From assembly GCA_050273025.1 (NCBI GenBank), contig CP158635.1, forward strand, positions 26,350,001 to 26,414,000: 64,000 nucleotides of DNA. Reading direction: 5' to 3'. Positions 38,712-50,296 of the stretch are shown in pieces. The position numbers were made by a program, and so were the translations under genes. Every line of letters starts with the position of its first letter. Positions within the stretch are counted from its first letter, which is position 1. Source of the stretch: Cenococcum geophilum. Lineage: Eukaryota. The notes under the pieces are model-generated. The model searched no databases. It was not told where the DNA came from and saw nothing but the letters and a program-made list of their open reading frames with translations.

Positions 38712-38989
38712 TAATTATTTTAATAGAGTGCATTATAAAGTTAATTTAAGCATTTTATTCAACTTGGTTTCGGCAGGAGATATTATAATTTGCAAAAGTG
38801 TTGCGAAAATCAAATTAAGCGAGCCACGCACATATAACATCGACTTTTAGTAAGTTTACCATATAAATCGTATGCCTGCCACGCCTAATATACTTATACT
38901 TGCCTTTTATACCAAAACAAATCCCTTAATAGCAGCTTCATTAAATTCTAGTAGCTTTTCTATTTAATTGGTCTATTAAATGTATTATA

Positions 38990-41900
38990 GCAGCTATAAA
39001 GTTATACCTTTTAACTATATACCGAATCTAGCTTAATCTTAACCTCTATAGGGAGGCATACCCCCCCCCCCCCCCTAATTTTAAGATTAGGCGGCTAAGA
39101 GCTATAAATAAGGTATATAAGAAAGTTCGTAATATATAATGTCATAGTGTTAAATATGCTAATATTTTATATAGGCCCTTATTACTTATCTAGAGGACCG
39201 CCCAACTGCCTTCCTTAACAAAATGGCCTAGTTTCTATAGGACGATTGTAATATTATAGCATCCTTCTTATTAATTTGGCGAACTCTCTAATATAATAGG
39301 TGGAGTAGAAAGTAGTATAAAAAAGAGTATAGGAGCGCTCTAAGGACCTACGTACTGTATAAAAAGGACGCCAATATATATAAGACGTTAATCGCCTTAT
39401 ATTTATTAACAAATTAGGCGCTAATAAGAGGACTAGGTATAAAAAGTTCGGCTAAAGCCCTATAAACGTTCCTATAATTAATACTACATTAATTAAGCGG
39501 TTAGAATGTTAAAGTATTCTTCCTGCCTATATAGTTAACGGCTACCTCCTTAGAACTTTTATTTGGTAAGGCTTAATAACTACTAAAATATTTAACGCCT
39601 AAATTAAATCTATAGTTCTACTATATTATATTCCTAGCTATATAATCTTAGTATTAAATAACGCTTTAATATATATATTATTCATTACTTAACGTCCGAT
39701 TTGGATCCCTATTAGGCCCACGCAAACTACTCCTTATTTACATATGGGGAGAAAACTCTATTTAAGAAAATGAGAAAACCCCGTAATCTATCTCCCCGCC
39801 TTTAGGGCTCGTCTACTTAACGCCTGCGAGTCACCTATAGTGCTCTACTACCTTACTTTTTAACCTCTTTAGGAACCACTACTGCCGTAATAAGCCTACG
39901 GACGCGCTAGTATCGTAAACTTAACTCTACTACTGTAGAGTTATTAGGGGGCGCCTACTACTCGCCCCTTTGCCTTCTATTACTATTTCCTTTATAACCC
40001 GGAACTGGTCTAGTACATTTTAGCTAATAAGCCACTAGGTAACCGCCTTAAGACCTTTTTATATTAATAGTAGTGTATTATAGTTCTCTATACCAGCTAC
40101 TAAGAGCATTACTTCTCAGTTAGTGCGTAGGGGGCATAACAGTATTATATATTTTAGTGTCTATCTTAGCCAACCATATTCGCATCTTAGGCTACCTACT
40201 AGGACACCTACCCAGTAGAGCCAATCTTTTAGTCCTATTATTCCTGTTCTTAGGAGTGTTGCTATTATATTTTTTGCCTTTATTAGGCCTTCTCGGAGCC
40301 CTTAGGTGTTTACCCCCTATAGCATTAACTATACTACGGCTTAGGTTCCTCTTATTTAAGACAACCTCTAAACCTTTAACTCCTATACGCCTCTCCAGTA
40401 TTGGTCTAACCAGTATTATATTACAGTAGATAGTTTCCTAGTACTCTTTTATACTCTACTTTAGCTCCTTTTTCTTTCTTACTATTATCTTTACTGGTCT
40501 CTTACGCGTCTCCCTTTCTCCTTTATATGGGCCTGGGCCCTAATACGGCACTATTTTTCTTTTACTTTCTCTACCTGTTTCTCTAATATATCTTCCCTAC
40601 TTTAGGGTTATTAGTTTACTCTCCTACGGGGCACCCTAGGGTTACTCTATAGTTTGTTTAGGCGTGTCTTAATATACTTTATAACCTTAGAGTTACGCTC
40701 CCTTTACACCCTTTATATTGCAGCGGCTTTAATATATAATTATAGGGGGGGGATATTAGCTTCCTTCTTAAGTAGTACTATGGCCGTTTACTTATACCCA
40801 CCTATTATGCTTTAGAGGCAAGCTATTTAGACCTTTTAGAGTGGTTTAAGGAGTAATTTAGGGGGGCCTTTCTTGGTTTCTCCTATGGCCTAAATACTAA
40901 ATCTATACGTTATAGTTGGCCAGACAACTGCTGTGTATAGTAGGCGTAACCTCTAGAAGTATGGACCCTATATAGAATTAACGATCCTAGATATTATAAT
41001 ATATTGTACTTAGCCCTTATAGGCCGCTTATAACGCATATGCGCTCCATTAGAGCTTACTGTCTACCTATACTCCTAATACCCTTAGGCCTTAAACTAGT
41101 TAACCCCTAAAGCCTTAAATATAAATTACATACTGGAGATCTGCAGATTAGTTGCGTTTTCTTATAAAGTAGATTAGCTGGTATTTCTCTGGTAAGAATT
41201 AGACTCTATATCGTCTTGCCTATTTTATATAGGTGTTATAGGCTTTCTCTAGTATTCTGCAATTCTCTGCGGCTATTAGGCCGTATATAATTAGGTTTAT
41301 ATTATTAACGAAGCCTATCCCCTAGGTCACCCCTTCCTTAAAGGAGTTAAGTAGGTTACTTATAAAGAAAAGGAAGAGTATAGGCAAGAGGGGTAATCCT
41401 TATAGTATTCCTGTTATAACTGCAATAGGGGGGCTCTAGTATCCGCTAAAGACTAAAGATATTTCTTTCTAGCCTATAAACCCTTAAATAAATTATATAA
41501 TCTATTTTAGAAAGCCCTTTACCCTAAGGATATATAGGAGGCGCTTATAGGGTACGTTGTCATAGGCACCACTAATATCTAAGCTGAGCATTAATACTAC
41601 GAAGTCCCTTCGCATCACCTATGCAGATTTAATAGTGGTAGCGAGTAGCGTAAGTACTAATAGTATTAAGCGGTTCTTTCTTGCCCCTATTTAACTTTAT
41701 AGTAGTAGGGCGTGTTCCTTAGCCGTGTCTACTATATGGTCCGCTATTACCCTTTCTAAGATCTTACTAAGGGTGTTTTTTAAGGCAATAGGGCGGTAGC
41801 TTCCTAGGATTAAGTAGTCTGCTTTACCTTCTTTTTATAGGACAACCGTCATTATAGATCTTCTAAGTCGTGGGTAGTAGCCTATAGCAAAGCATGCTCT

Positions 41901-42220
41901 GGCTACATCTGCAAGCCAAGGTGCTATAATAACGCTTTAATATATAAAAGCTAGGTAAGGAAATAATCGCGTATATAGTAGAGCTATATATTCTAACTAG
42001 TAAATATAGGAATTTATAAACCTTTATACGGCCGCCTAAATCTATATTAAATATCTTCCTCCCTATTACCTAGAGTTTAACCCAATTAAGCTTTCTTTTT
42101 ACAATTTAAAGGCGTGGATTTAATTAAACTCTAATACAATTAAGGATTATTAAAGCTTTACAGTGTATAGGGTTACGTCGCTTAGTAAAAGAACACTTTT
42201 AGCAGGCTGGCTACCTAATA
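38990..42220 (+). pseudogene. Tc1/IS630 transposase relic split by a LINE at the DNASIH motif
   Basis: LIFINKLG (=FIDESG), VLNNALIY (=DNASIH, duplicated as the LINE TSD), LPPYYLEFNPIKLSFYNLKAWI. Start approximate. Confidence 0.85.
39676..41927 (-). mobile_element. Tad1-like LINE, 5'-truncated, with reverse transcriptase relic
   Basis: 19-bp TSD AATAACGCTTTAATATATA (39657-39675 / 41928-41946). RT motifs SYRPIALKNTLSKIL and LSLDISGAYDNV. Confidence 0.95.
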
Positions 42221-42370
42221 AAGAACTAGTTAGGGACACAGTCTTTTATAATTTAGTGCTGGGTATATAAATTAATAACTTACTATCCCTTTTATATTAC
42301 TTAAAACGTCTTAAGTTCACGCCTTAGTCGTAGTAGGAGACCTACTACAAGGCCCAACTTCTCCTCCCAT

Positions 42371-42827
42371 CGTTAGGAAAAAATTTAGCAGCATTTAGCT
42401 AGCATTTTTAGCATTTTATAGCATTTCGCAGCATTTAAAACAGACTATATGCATTAAGTAGCATCTAGGCAGCTATATATATATATTATATATAAAAAAA
42501 TTATTTTTAGATAGATAATTGGATATAGTATATTATATAATATTTTTTTTAAAATTACTTATAAATTATATAAGTTATTCTACTTCTAAAAAAAGTTTTA
42601 ATTTTTTTAATTTTTTTTTAAAAGTAAAATAACTTATATAATTTATAAAAAAAATTATTACATAATATATTATATCTAATTATCTATCTAAAAATAAATT
42701 TTTTATATATAATATATATATATAGCTACCTAAATACTACTTAATACGTATAGTCTGTTTTAAATACTGCGAAATGCTACAAAATGCTAAAAATGCTAGC
42801 TAAATACTGCTAAAATTTTTCCTAACA
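42371..42827. mobile_element. foldback MITE (457 bp, almost wholly palindromic)
   Basis: YGTTAGGAAAAA termini; arms pair to the centre at about 42600; 2-bp AT duplication. Confidence 0.85.
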
Positions 42828-42878
42828 ATATCTGCTCGCTTATCCCTATACGTAAGGCCTCTAAGTTATAAAAGTTTT

Positions 42879-43099
42879 TGTTTGAATGTAAATAGGTTAC
42901 ATGACCTAGTCATGTGAGCTATTTCGCTTCCGTCGCTTAGACCTTTCCATAGAGTATATAGAGGCCTACGTGGCCTACTTAATACAAGTCAGTCACATCT
43001 ACACCGAGCATACTAGTACTATACGTCTATAGTGCTACGTGCCCCGTGGAAGACTCACCACCCGGGAGACGCTTTATATTACGCAGAGTGATACAAACA
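42879..43099. mobile_element. solo LTR (221 bp)
   Basis: TGTTTG...CAAACA ends; TSD GTTTT (42874-42878 / 43100-43104). Confidence 0.85.
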
Positions 43100-43336
43100 G
43101 TTTTTAATAAGTATATTAAGAATAGATTCTAGTTTAGTTTAAAGCTTTAGTGTTATTTAGCTAGGCCGTTTTCTTACCTAGTTAAAGAATTTATAAAGCC
43201 TTTTCTTAGAATTAAAGTCACTAGTAATAGGATTAGTTAGCGGCGCTAGTGGTAATAGGGTACCTACTAAAGCCGGAGCTACTAAAGGTAGTTAAGGTAG
43301 TTACTAAGGTGTTTAAAATAAGTTCTATTATCCTCT

Positions 43337-43866
43337 TGTCAGGTAACGAAGTCACCTTGCCTATATATATTGTTCCGCACAGCCGTGTCTGGCATTAAGC
43401 CAGTCACTTGCTTACCTTTTGTAGGTTTATATAGCTGAGTGGTGCGGAGCTTATTACCTCATATAGTAACTGGCTTAATACCCGGGGCCTCGTGGGTTCA
43501 AACCTCGTTCGAACCCCAGGCTAACTCAGGGACAGCCTATGCCGGTCTACAACTAAAGCGCGAGGCGGCCTCTTCGGGCGCCGTGCTGTAGCTGCTGGGG
43601 GTCCAATATATTGGGCGCGACGATCGCACGATCCGCGAGCCGGCATTGCAACCGTAGCTCGGCACTGAGCCGCGCTCCTGAGCCTCACCACGGGACAGGG
43701 AATTGCGCCTGTGGACAGTCGCCATTAGGAGGGATGCATTGTCAGGTAACGAAGTCACCTCGCCTATATGTATTGTTCCGCACAGCCGTGTCTGGCATCA
43801 AGCCAGTCACTTGCTTACCTTTTGTAGGTTTGTGTGGCTAAGTGGTGCGGAGCTTATCACCTCACA
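43337..43866 (+). mobile_element. TRIM (miniature LTR retroelement, 530 bp)
   Basis: 127-bp LTRs at 43337-43463 and 43740-43866; TSD CCTCT; PBS-like T(A/G)GTAAC after LTR1; purine tract AGGAGGGA before LTR2; 276-bp non-coding interior. Confidence 0.9.
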
Positions 43867-45919
43867 CCTCTAGTATTAGTATAGTAGTTAAGGGGGGGTC
43901 CTATAGGGGGGGGGCATATTAGCCTTAGGTAGGATAATAGCCATAATTAACTCCTAATTAAAAATATCCTCCTAGGCCATGCGCCCGCCACCCCCCTCTC
44001 CCTACCCCCCCCCCCCCATAGCTCCATTCTTAACTAAAAGATAAACAGCAATAGTAGCAGGAGGTTCTTCCTTGGTAGCTTTACCATCCTTAATTTAATT
44101 ACCCTACGCCCTTATTATAAGGTAGTTAACTAGATAGTAAAAATAAGGAAGCTCTGGGTTCCTATTTACCTAGTAGGTCCCCCTACTATTAGTATATATT
44201 TTTATAGTATAAAGCTACTAAAAGGCTACTAAAGGAGCTAGATTACCTAAAAGGACCTCTACTAAGATGCTTTTAGGTAAGGCAAGACGTTAGGTAACAG
44301 TTGTACTTATATTACCCTTCTTCTTCTTAGGTATATTAGATGCACCTAGGTCGAGAATATTTAACAAATACGCGCTTATCTGCGTACTAGCCGGTAAGGT
44401 AATACTAGAAGTATAAGGAGAGGTATATTCTAAAGCAGGTGGGGGCGTCTTAGTTAATATAACTACTACTTCTATACGTAGTCCTTTCTTCTTATTTATA
44501 TGCTAGGTCCTTATAATATCATTAAGCTTATAAACGTGTACTTTAGTATAAATATCTTGTAGGACAATATCGCGAGCCATTATACAATTATAGGAAGCGG
44601 CCGCCCTAATAGAGTACTTATCCTTAAAGGATCTGCTTAAATAATTAGCTTTAACTTCATTAACCTAGCAGTTAATTTTAGTAAGAAGCTCTCCACCTAT
44701 AATACGCTGCGCGGAAGTTAAAGCAAGATCTACCTCTACTACGCAAGCTTTCCAAATTACCATATAGTATATCTATACTATATCGGGCTCTAAGGGAGTT
44801 AGTAAGCTTAAATCTACGCTAATAACTTAATCGGGTGTATTTTTACGTCTCGGCAGAGGCCTTAAAGGCTTAATAGCTTTGGGCTTCTTCCTAGATGTCA
44901 ACTTTAGATTTAAACTATTCTAGCTTAAACGCCTAGCAGGCTTCTAAGTACACCAATTTAACTTAGAGACTTTAGTAGCCTTAGCAGATTAGGTAACTCT
45001 AGCAGCTATAAGAGCTTCTATAGCTCCTCTAATTAAACAAACTATACGCCCACTAGCCGTTTAAAAGCCTTTCTCTTCCTCCAGAGGCTTACAAGGCTCC
45101 CGCTCAATAATTAGATTAACTAGCTCTGTATTCTTATCCTCATCGTCTTCCTCATCTAAGTCCTCATCCAACTCCTACGACTCTAACTCTACCTCTTCCT
45201 CCACTACCTCCTCCTCCTCCTCCTCCTCTTCTTCTTCCTCAACGTCCTCGGGCTGCGGAGGCGAATAGCGCGCTAGAACTATACGTAGGCCCACATAAAC
45301 AGGTTAAGTAATAGTATTCCGCTTAATTGGTTGAGAACCTTATGTAGATTAACTGGCGGCTTATTTCCAGAGGCTCTTATAGGCTACCATAGCGCCTACA
45401 ACACTTAAAAATTAACCTAGATAGATGATATAATATAAATATAAAACCTCACTATTTTAGAAGTAAAACTAATACGTGCAGGCGTGGCAGGCATACGATT
45501 TGTATGGTAAACTCACCAAAAGTCGATGTTGTGTGTGCGTGGCTCGTTTAATTTGATTTTCGCAACACTTTTGCAAACCACAATAAGCGGTCTTGGGCTT
45601 TCGCCAAGGGATTCCTCATCACCTCCCATTTCCACCTACCTTGCGAAAGGACTTCATCAATAAAGCTTCAATTACAAGTGCTCTATGGAGGCTCAATTCT
45701 TTGTAGCGGGGTGCCTTTAAATGCTGCATAAGTATAATATATTTGCATCCCTGTGCAAGACATCGAATCTCTTTCTCAACCAGAAAATTTCGGGTCATGC
45801 CCTTGCACCTTCCTCAGAATCTTCTAGTTCCTACAATACTTTGTCCGGATAGTACACTAATCCAACCTGTCCATGCTGCTTTCAAGTAACCGGAGGCATT
45901 ATATCTTTATTGAAATGGA

Positions 45920-46347
45920 CTACCACTCGCCTCCAACTTTGTACCGAAAGATTCTGTCATTAAATTTTCCACCTATAGCTCTCCAAAGTTGTGAAGCAGT
46001 CTGTTTTTCACCCCCTTATTATAAGTATGTATTTAGTAGCCGGGCACTAAAGCAACACCACTCACCGCATTCAACCAAACTCCTCTCAACATGACAGTAA
46101 TGAAGGCCCACTCCCCATTGTTGTTATATATACGCCGCTGTGACTGATCCAAATCTCTATTGATAGGTCTACAGTTTGGCACACGCCGATGGTCTGTCGG
46201 CCATTCAGGTGGGTTCTGAGAAGCTGGCGCTGGATGAGAGTTCGGAGCGGGTGCGGGATCCGAGGTGCCGGAGTGGTGTAATTCGTAATCTACGAGCACA
46301 GAGAGAGTATTGTAGGTTACTGCGTTTCGCGTTGTGGTAACAGACAT
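45920..46347 (-). CDS. small hypothetical fungal protein, ~120 aa, 2 exons (46347-46066, 46000-45920)
   Basis: Un-RIPed open frame MSVTTT...LVDYELHHSG...AFITVMLRGVWLNA; GTGAGT..CAG intron at 46065-46001; exon 2 TASQLWRAIGGKFNDRIFRYKVGGEW*. Confidence 0.75.
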
Positions 46348-46663
46348 GCTGGATGATGTAAAATGAGAAATTCTATGAGAAGGACGGAAACACAGAAGTA
46401 TGAAGTCGATCACTACCCTACCGCCTATCGCCTACCGCCTACCGCCTACCTAGGTTTCGAGGTGTTCACGCTGGGATGGTGAGCGTTCTCGGTTTCGTTG
46501 ACCCCCCACTTATCGGGCTATGTGGAGGAGGGCGGGTAACACCCTTGCGCTACAACATCACGACTCGGCTTCAATCAAACAAATGTAAATATGTCGCGTG
46601 AAATGGAGGAACATGAACTCCTTTACCTGAGTTGTGATAGATATTCGTCATCTATCATTCGCT

Positions 46664-48396
46664 ATGAGTTCGACGAAACCATTCCCTCGGATCAGAGCCG
46701 CAGCGATCGACGGACGTCTTTCGAACATTCACCATCGTCGCAGCCAACTCGAACAGCTTCACGATAGCCTCGCGCAGCACGCACAAGCTATTCGAAACGC
46801 CATCGTCCGCGACTCTGGCAATACCCAAACTGAAGCAGCCATAGAGTACCACTTGGCACTTTCAGGTCTGAAAGAGCAGTATTCCTCGCTGGATCCAGCA
46901 AGCGCACTTGAGAATGAGTACCGTATTGCACGTGGGGTAGATGCGCCTGATCGAAGGGAGCAAGCTGGGATAGTATACATTGTACCCACGTTGCACACTT
47001 TGTTCTTTTCCGTCATTTCTCCTCTTGGCGCTGCTATTGCTGCGGGCAATTGCGTCATCGTTCTGGTAAAATTCACGGCTGGGATTTTGAGAATATCCTT
47101 TCGCTTACCTGTGAAATATAGCTTGAAAACAACCTTCGCGAACTATTTGGCCTGCTGCGAAAGCTTCTGCGAGCTGCTTTGGATGCAGACATCTTTGATG
47201 TAGCAGATAGCAAGCCAACCAACGCCGAATTTTTAAATCAGTGCATTGAAGTGTTCCAACCAGAGACCAAAGAACCTCCTCGAATCAACCAGATAGTCTC
47301 ACCAGCAGGCGAGCGAGTTGTTGCTATTGTCGATAGGACGGCAAACTTGCAAGAAGCCGCCAAGGCCTTGGTCACAGCTCGATTCAGCTTTAGTGGCAAA
47401 TCCCCATATGCTCCTGATATAGTACTGGTAAACGAGTTCGTCAAGAAAAATTTCTTAGATGCCGTGGTCCAACACTCTATAGGGTTTCTTACAGGACGGG
47501 ATAGCAACGTAATAGAAAATGGAAAACTAACCCGCTTTCAAGGTCAGGGCTCTGGCAACCTCCCCAAGGAAATTCAAGGTGAGGATGGAGTTCGAGTTGT
47601 TACTTCCGGCTCCAATGGTGCTATCATGGATGTTAAGAAGAGGTATGTTCACTACTACTATAATGAAGCAATACAGCGCTAAAGTGACACCAGAAGCTCT
47701 TCCGTACTACAGAGTAAAATCAGCCAGTGCTGTCTCCTAGTGTTTGCTGTGAGCAGCCTAGATGATGCTATCGATCTTGCTAACAGGTACTGATCACTTC
47801 CATTTCCAAAGCCACTTCCATAGCTAACCGTTCGGTTTCTTCAGCAACAATGCGACCCTCCTTGCGTCTTATGTCTTTGCCGCTCCTGGTTCCGCAAATT
47901 ACCTAAGTCAATTCATTTACTCCCGCACCGCCTTCATCAACCACATCCCTACCGAAATTCTAGGTTTGTCTCCTTTCTCTTGCTTACTCTAATTTTACTT
48001 CCATATTAATGAATGTCCATATATTTGTCTGGCTAACCATCCATAAACAACACAGTTGGCCCTGCCGCTCCGCTTAATCATCCGACCAAGTCTGTTCCCC
48101 GTTACCCAGTCACCCTCTTCAGCCAGCCTCGCCCTCATTACGTAACACCTCCCCCTGAGTCTGCGCTCTTGGGTACGCTGCTACGAGCTACAGACCCAAA
48201 AGTCCTTCGACAGTTGGAAGAGCGTGATGTGGCCGCGCTGCCAAAGGGCAAGGAACGGCCACTCGGCGGGGGCTTGGGGTTCTTTGAGCAGGGCTTTGTA
48301 GCAGGTGCGATAGTGGTGCTGACACCGGTGGTAGTGGGAATTGGAGCATTGAGTGTTTATGGTTATCGGGCGGTTAGTGCAAGATTGTGGCGGTAA
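46664..48396 (+). CDS. aldehyde dehydrogenase-fold protein (ALDH3-like, catalytic Cys absent), 491 aa, C-terminal hydrophobic helix
   Basis: Exons 46664-47065, 47122-47642, 47694-47786, 47845-47963, 48056-48396 with GT-AG introns, total 1476 nt in frame. Motifs PLGAAIAAGNCVIV, AIVDRTANL..AAKALVTARF..GKSPYAPDIVLV, SLDDAID, LLASYVFA. Confidence 0.9.
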
Positions 48397-48740
48397 CGAA
48401 TGCTTGATGCTGTGTGTTCTGGTCCTGGATAACCATCCCGTGGATTGCCTATTGGATAATTTTTGTTACAATATTAGCATTTTGTTTTTCCATGTAATGT
48501 GTGTATGCTAGCTTCCTAGATCTGCATTTGCTTTGCTATATTAGTAACTAGTAGGTAGGTAGTTCTTGTTCAGCCCTACAATTTTTTATGGAATAGCAAT
48601 CTTGATCCTTGATAATAGAAAGAATCCGTTTGAAGATAAGTTCACAAAGCAGATCGTCGGAATTTTAAGTGATTCTGTCGACCTGTGCCTACACGGTTTG
48701 GACCGGTTTTAGAATTTGTCTTAAAACCGATTTCAAAAAT

Positions 48741-49429
48741 AGGCTTAAATATAGCTATTACGCCTTCTACGTACACCGTTGCTTAAACTATAGTAACTAC
48801 CTCCGGCGTCTTCCCTTCCTCCCGTACGGCATATATTATAGTACACGGTACCTATATATAGCACGGCAACCGAACCACACATACGTCTTATAGGCGGAGA
48901 TTTATAATAAGCCTCTTATCTACCTACCTTTTATACTACCCTACCTAATAGCCTAGATTTACTAAATGCGCGGTATTTTATTATCTTTTTCTATTCTTAG
49001 CTAGAATAGGGGACCTAAGTTAGGGCCCTAGGATAAGACACCTACTTTATCCTACTATTCCTTTAGGGTAGAAGGTTATATAGGACCAGATTATACTATA
49101 AGTAGGGGGCCGTTAGCGATGCGTATATATATATACGGTGGAGATTTAAAAGACCAAGGGTAAGTATATATCAATTTTACAGTAATCTATAAACGAGTAA
49201 AAGTATAGTACGAATAGTAGATAGGATAAGATAGGCGATTATAAGACTAAGTCTTCAAGCAGTAACCTAATAGTATTTTTCCTTCCGTTAATATAGCACA
49301 GATACTATCTAAAGGGCTATATACTACTATATTACCTCTTACATCTCCCTTAAAGGCTTTTTATACCTTACTTAGCAGTCTTTGTCTATATAGACCTTAA
49401 TTAGGACCGTATTATACATTAATTAAGAA
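48741..49429 (+). mobile_element. non-autonomous retroposon copy D, 5'-truncated (no ribozyme head)
   Basis: Colinear with 38042-38711. Possible TSD T(C/T)AAAAAT. Confidence 0.75.
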
Positions 49430-49499
49430 TTAAAAATTATATACTTATTACCTCGTCGCCTTCTACTTAAGCCTCTACTTTAATAGCAGCCTTAATATT

Positions 49500-50296
49500 A
49501 GCTTCTTCCTTATATTACTTATTAAGTTAGAATCTACGCCTTTTATAACGGCCTTTATATAAAGGTGTTTAAATTAGGACTTACGGACTTATTTACTTTA
49601 AGAATATCGACTTTAAGGCGGTTTTAGGAGTTAGTAATAAAATATTTAAAGAAACTAAATACGCGTTCGCATTCGGCGCTTATTAATAGTATAGCTAGCA
49701 TATTAAGGGCTAATCGAGCGAAATCGAGCTATAAAAGGTAGAGGCTATTCTAGTAAGCTAAAGGATTATCGGCTTCTTTAAGGTCGCTTTTAATATAGGT
49801 TTAGTAGATATTAGTTCTACTAAAAGGTACCAATTTAATCTACTTCTAGACTTTTAGACTATTAAACGTCTTACTATATATAAAGCGTATTAGGAGTAGA
49901 AGCTTAATAACTATAAAAGTGCTATACTTATCCTTATACTCTTTTAGCTAAAGGCCCTCCACTAAGCCTTAAATTCCTCGATTCTCTAGATCCTTAGAAT
50001 TATTACTAAGCTAGTTTATCTTATTCTTATTCTTATTATAATTAAATCTCTAGTAAAACTGCTATTGCTTCCTATTTAATAAAAGCACTTACGTAGCGTA
50101 GTATACGGCGCTGTCGTCTATAAGCTTATAGTACTTCTTATACTCCTCCTATAACGCGTAGTCCGCTGCCTTAAAATAGATATATTTTTTATAGTCGTTA
50201 AATTTAACGTAAAGCTCTTAAAAGTTAATCTAGGCATTATAGATATAATTAAGAAGCCAATCTATAGTAATAAACTAGTAGTAGAGTATATACTTA
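49500..50296 (-). pseudogene. hAT transposase C-terminal relic 3
   Basis: KYYKLIDDSAVYYA, DNPLAY*, SAECERVFS..K..IT..NRL dimerization motif. Confidence 0.8.

Larger units (their letters stand above)
42290..45390 (-). pseudogene. uncharacterised cargo gene of Tc1 element 2 (acidic N-terminal tract, Cys/His motif), interrupted by TRIM, solo LTR and MITE
   Basis: ATG at about 45390; poly-Glu/Asp tract; IIRA*GN*IKDGKATKEEPP; C-terminus KNFYNLEALR..EQIWEEKLGLVVGLLLRLRRELKTF, restored in frame when the inserts are removed. Confidence 0.65.
38783..45583 (+). mobile_element. Tc1/IS630-like DNA transposon 2 with ~105-bp TIRs and a second gene; hosts a LINE, MITE, solo LTR and TRIM
   Basis: 38783-~38886 is the reverse complement of ~45479-45583; TA TSD at 38781-82 and 45584-85. 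Confidence 0.9.

Noticed and set aside
43537..43841. ORFs within the TRIM
   Set aside because: Short GC-rich frames overlapping the LTR, with no gag/pol similarity.
46655..47507. Minus-strand ORFs 46655-46852, 46759-47076, 47238-47507
   Set aside because: Antisense to the well-supported ALDH-like exons.
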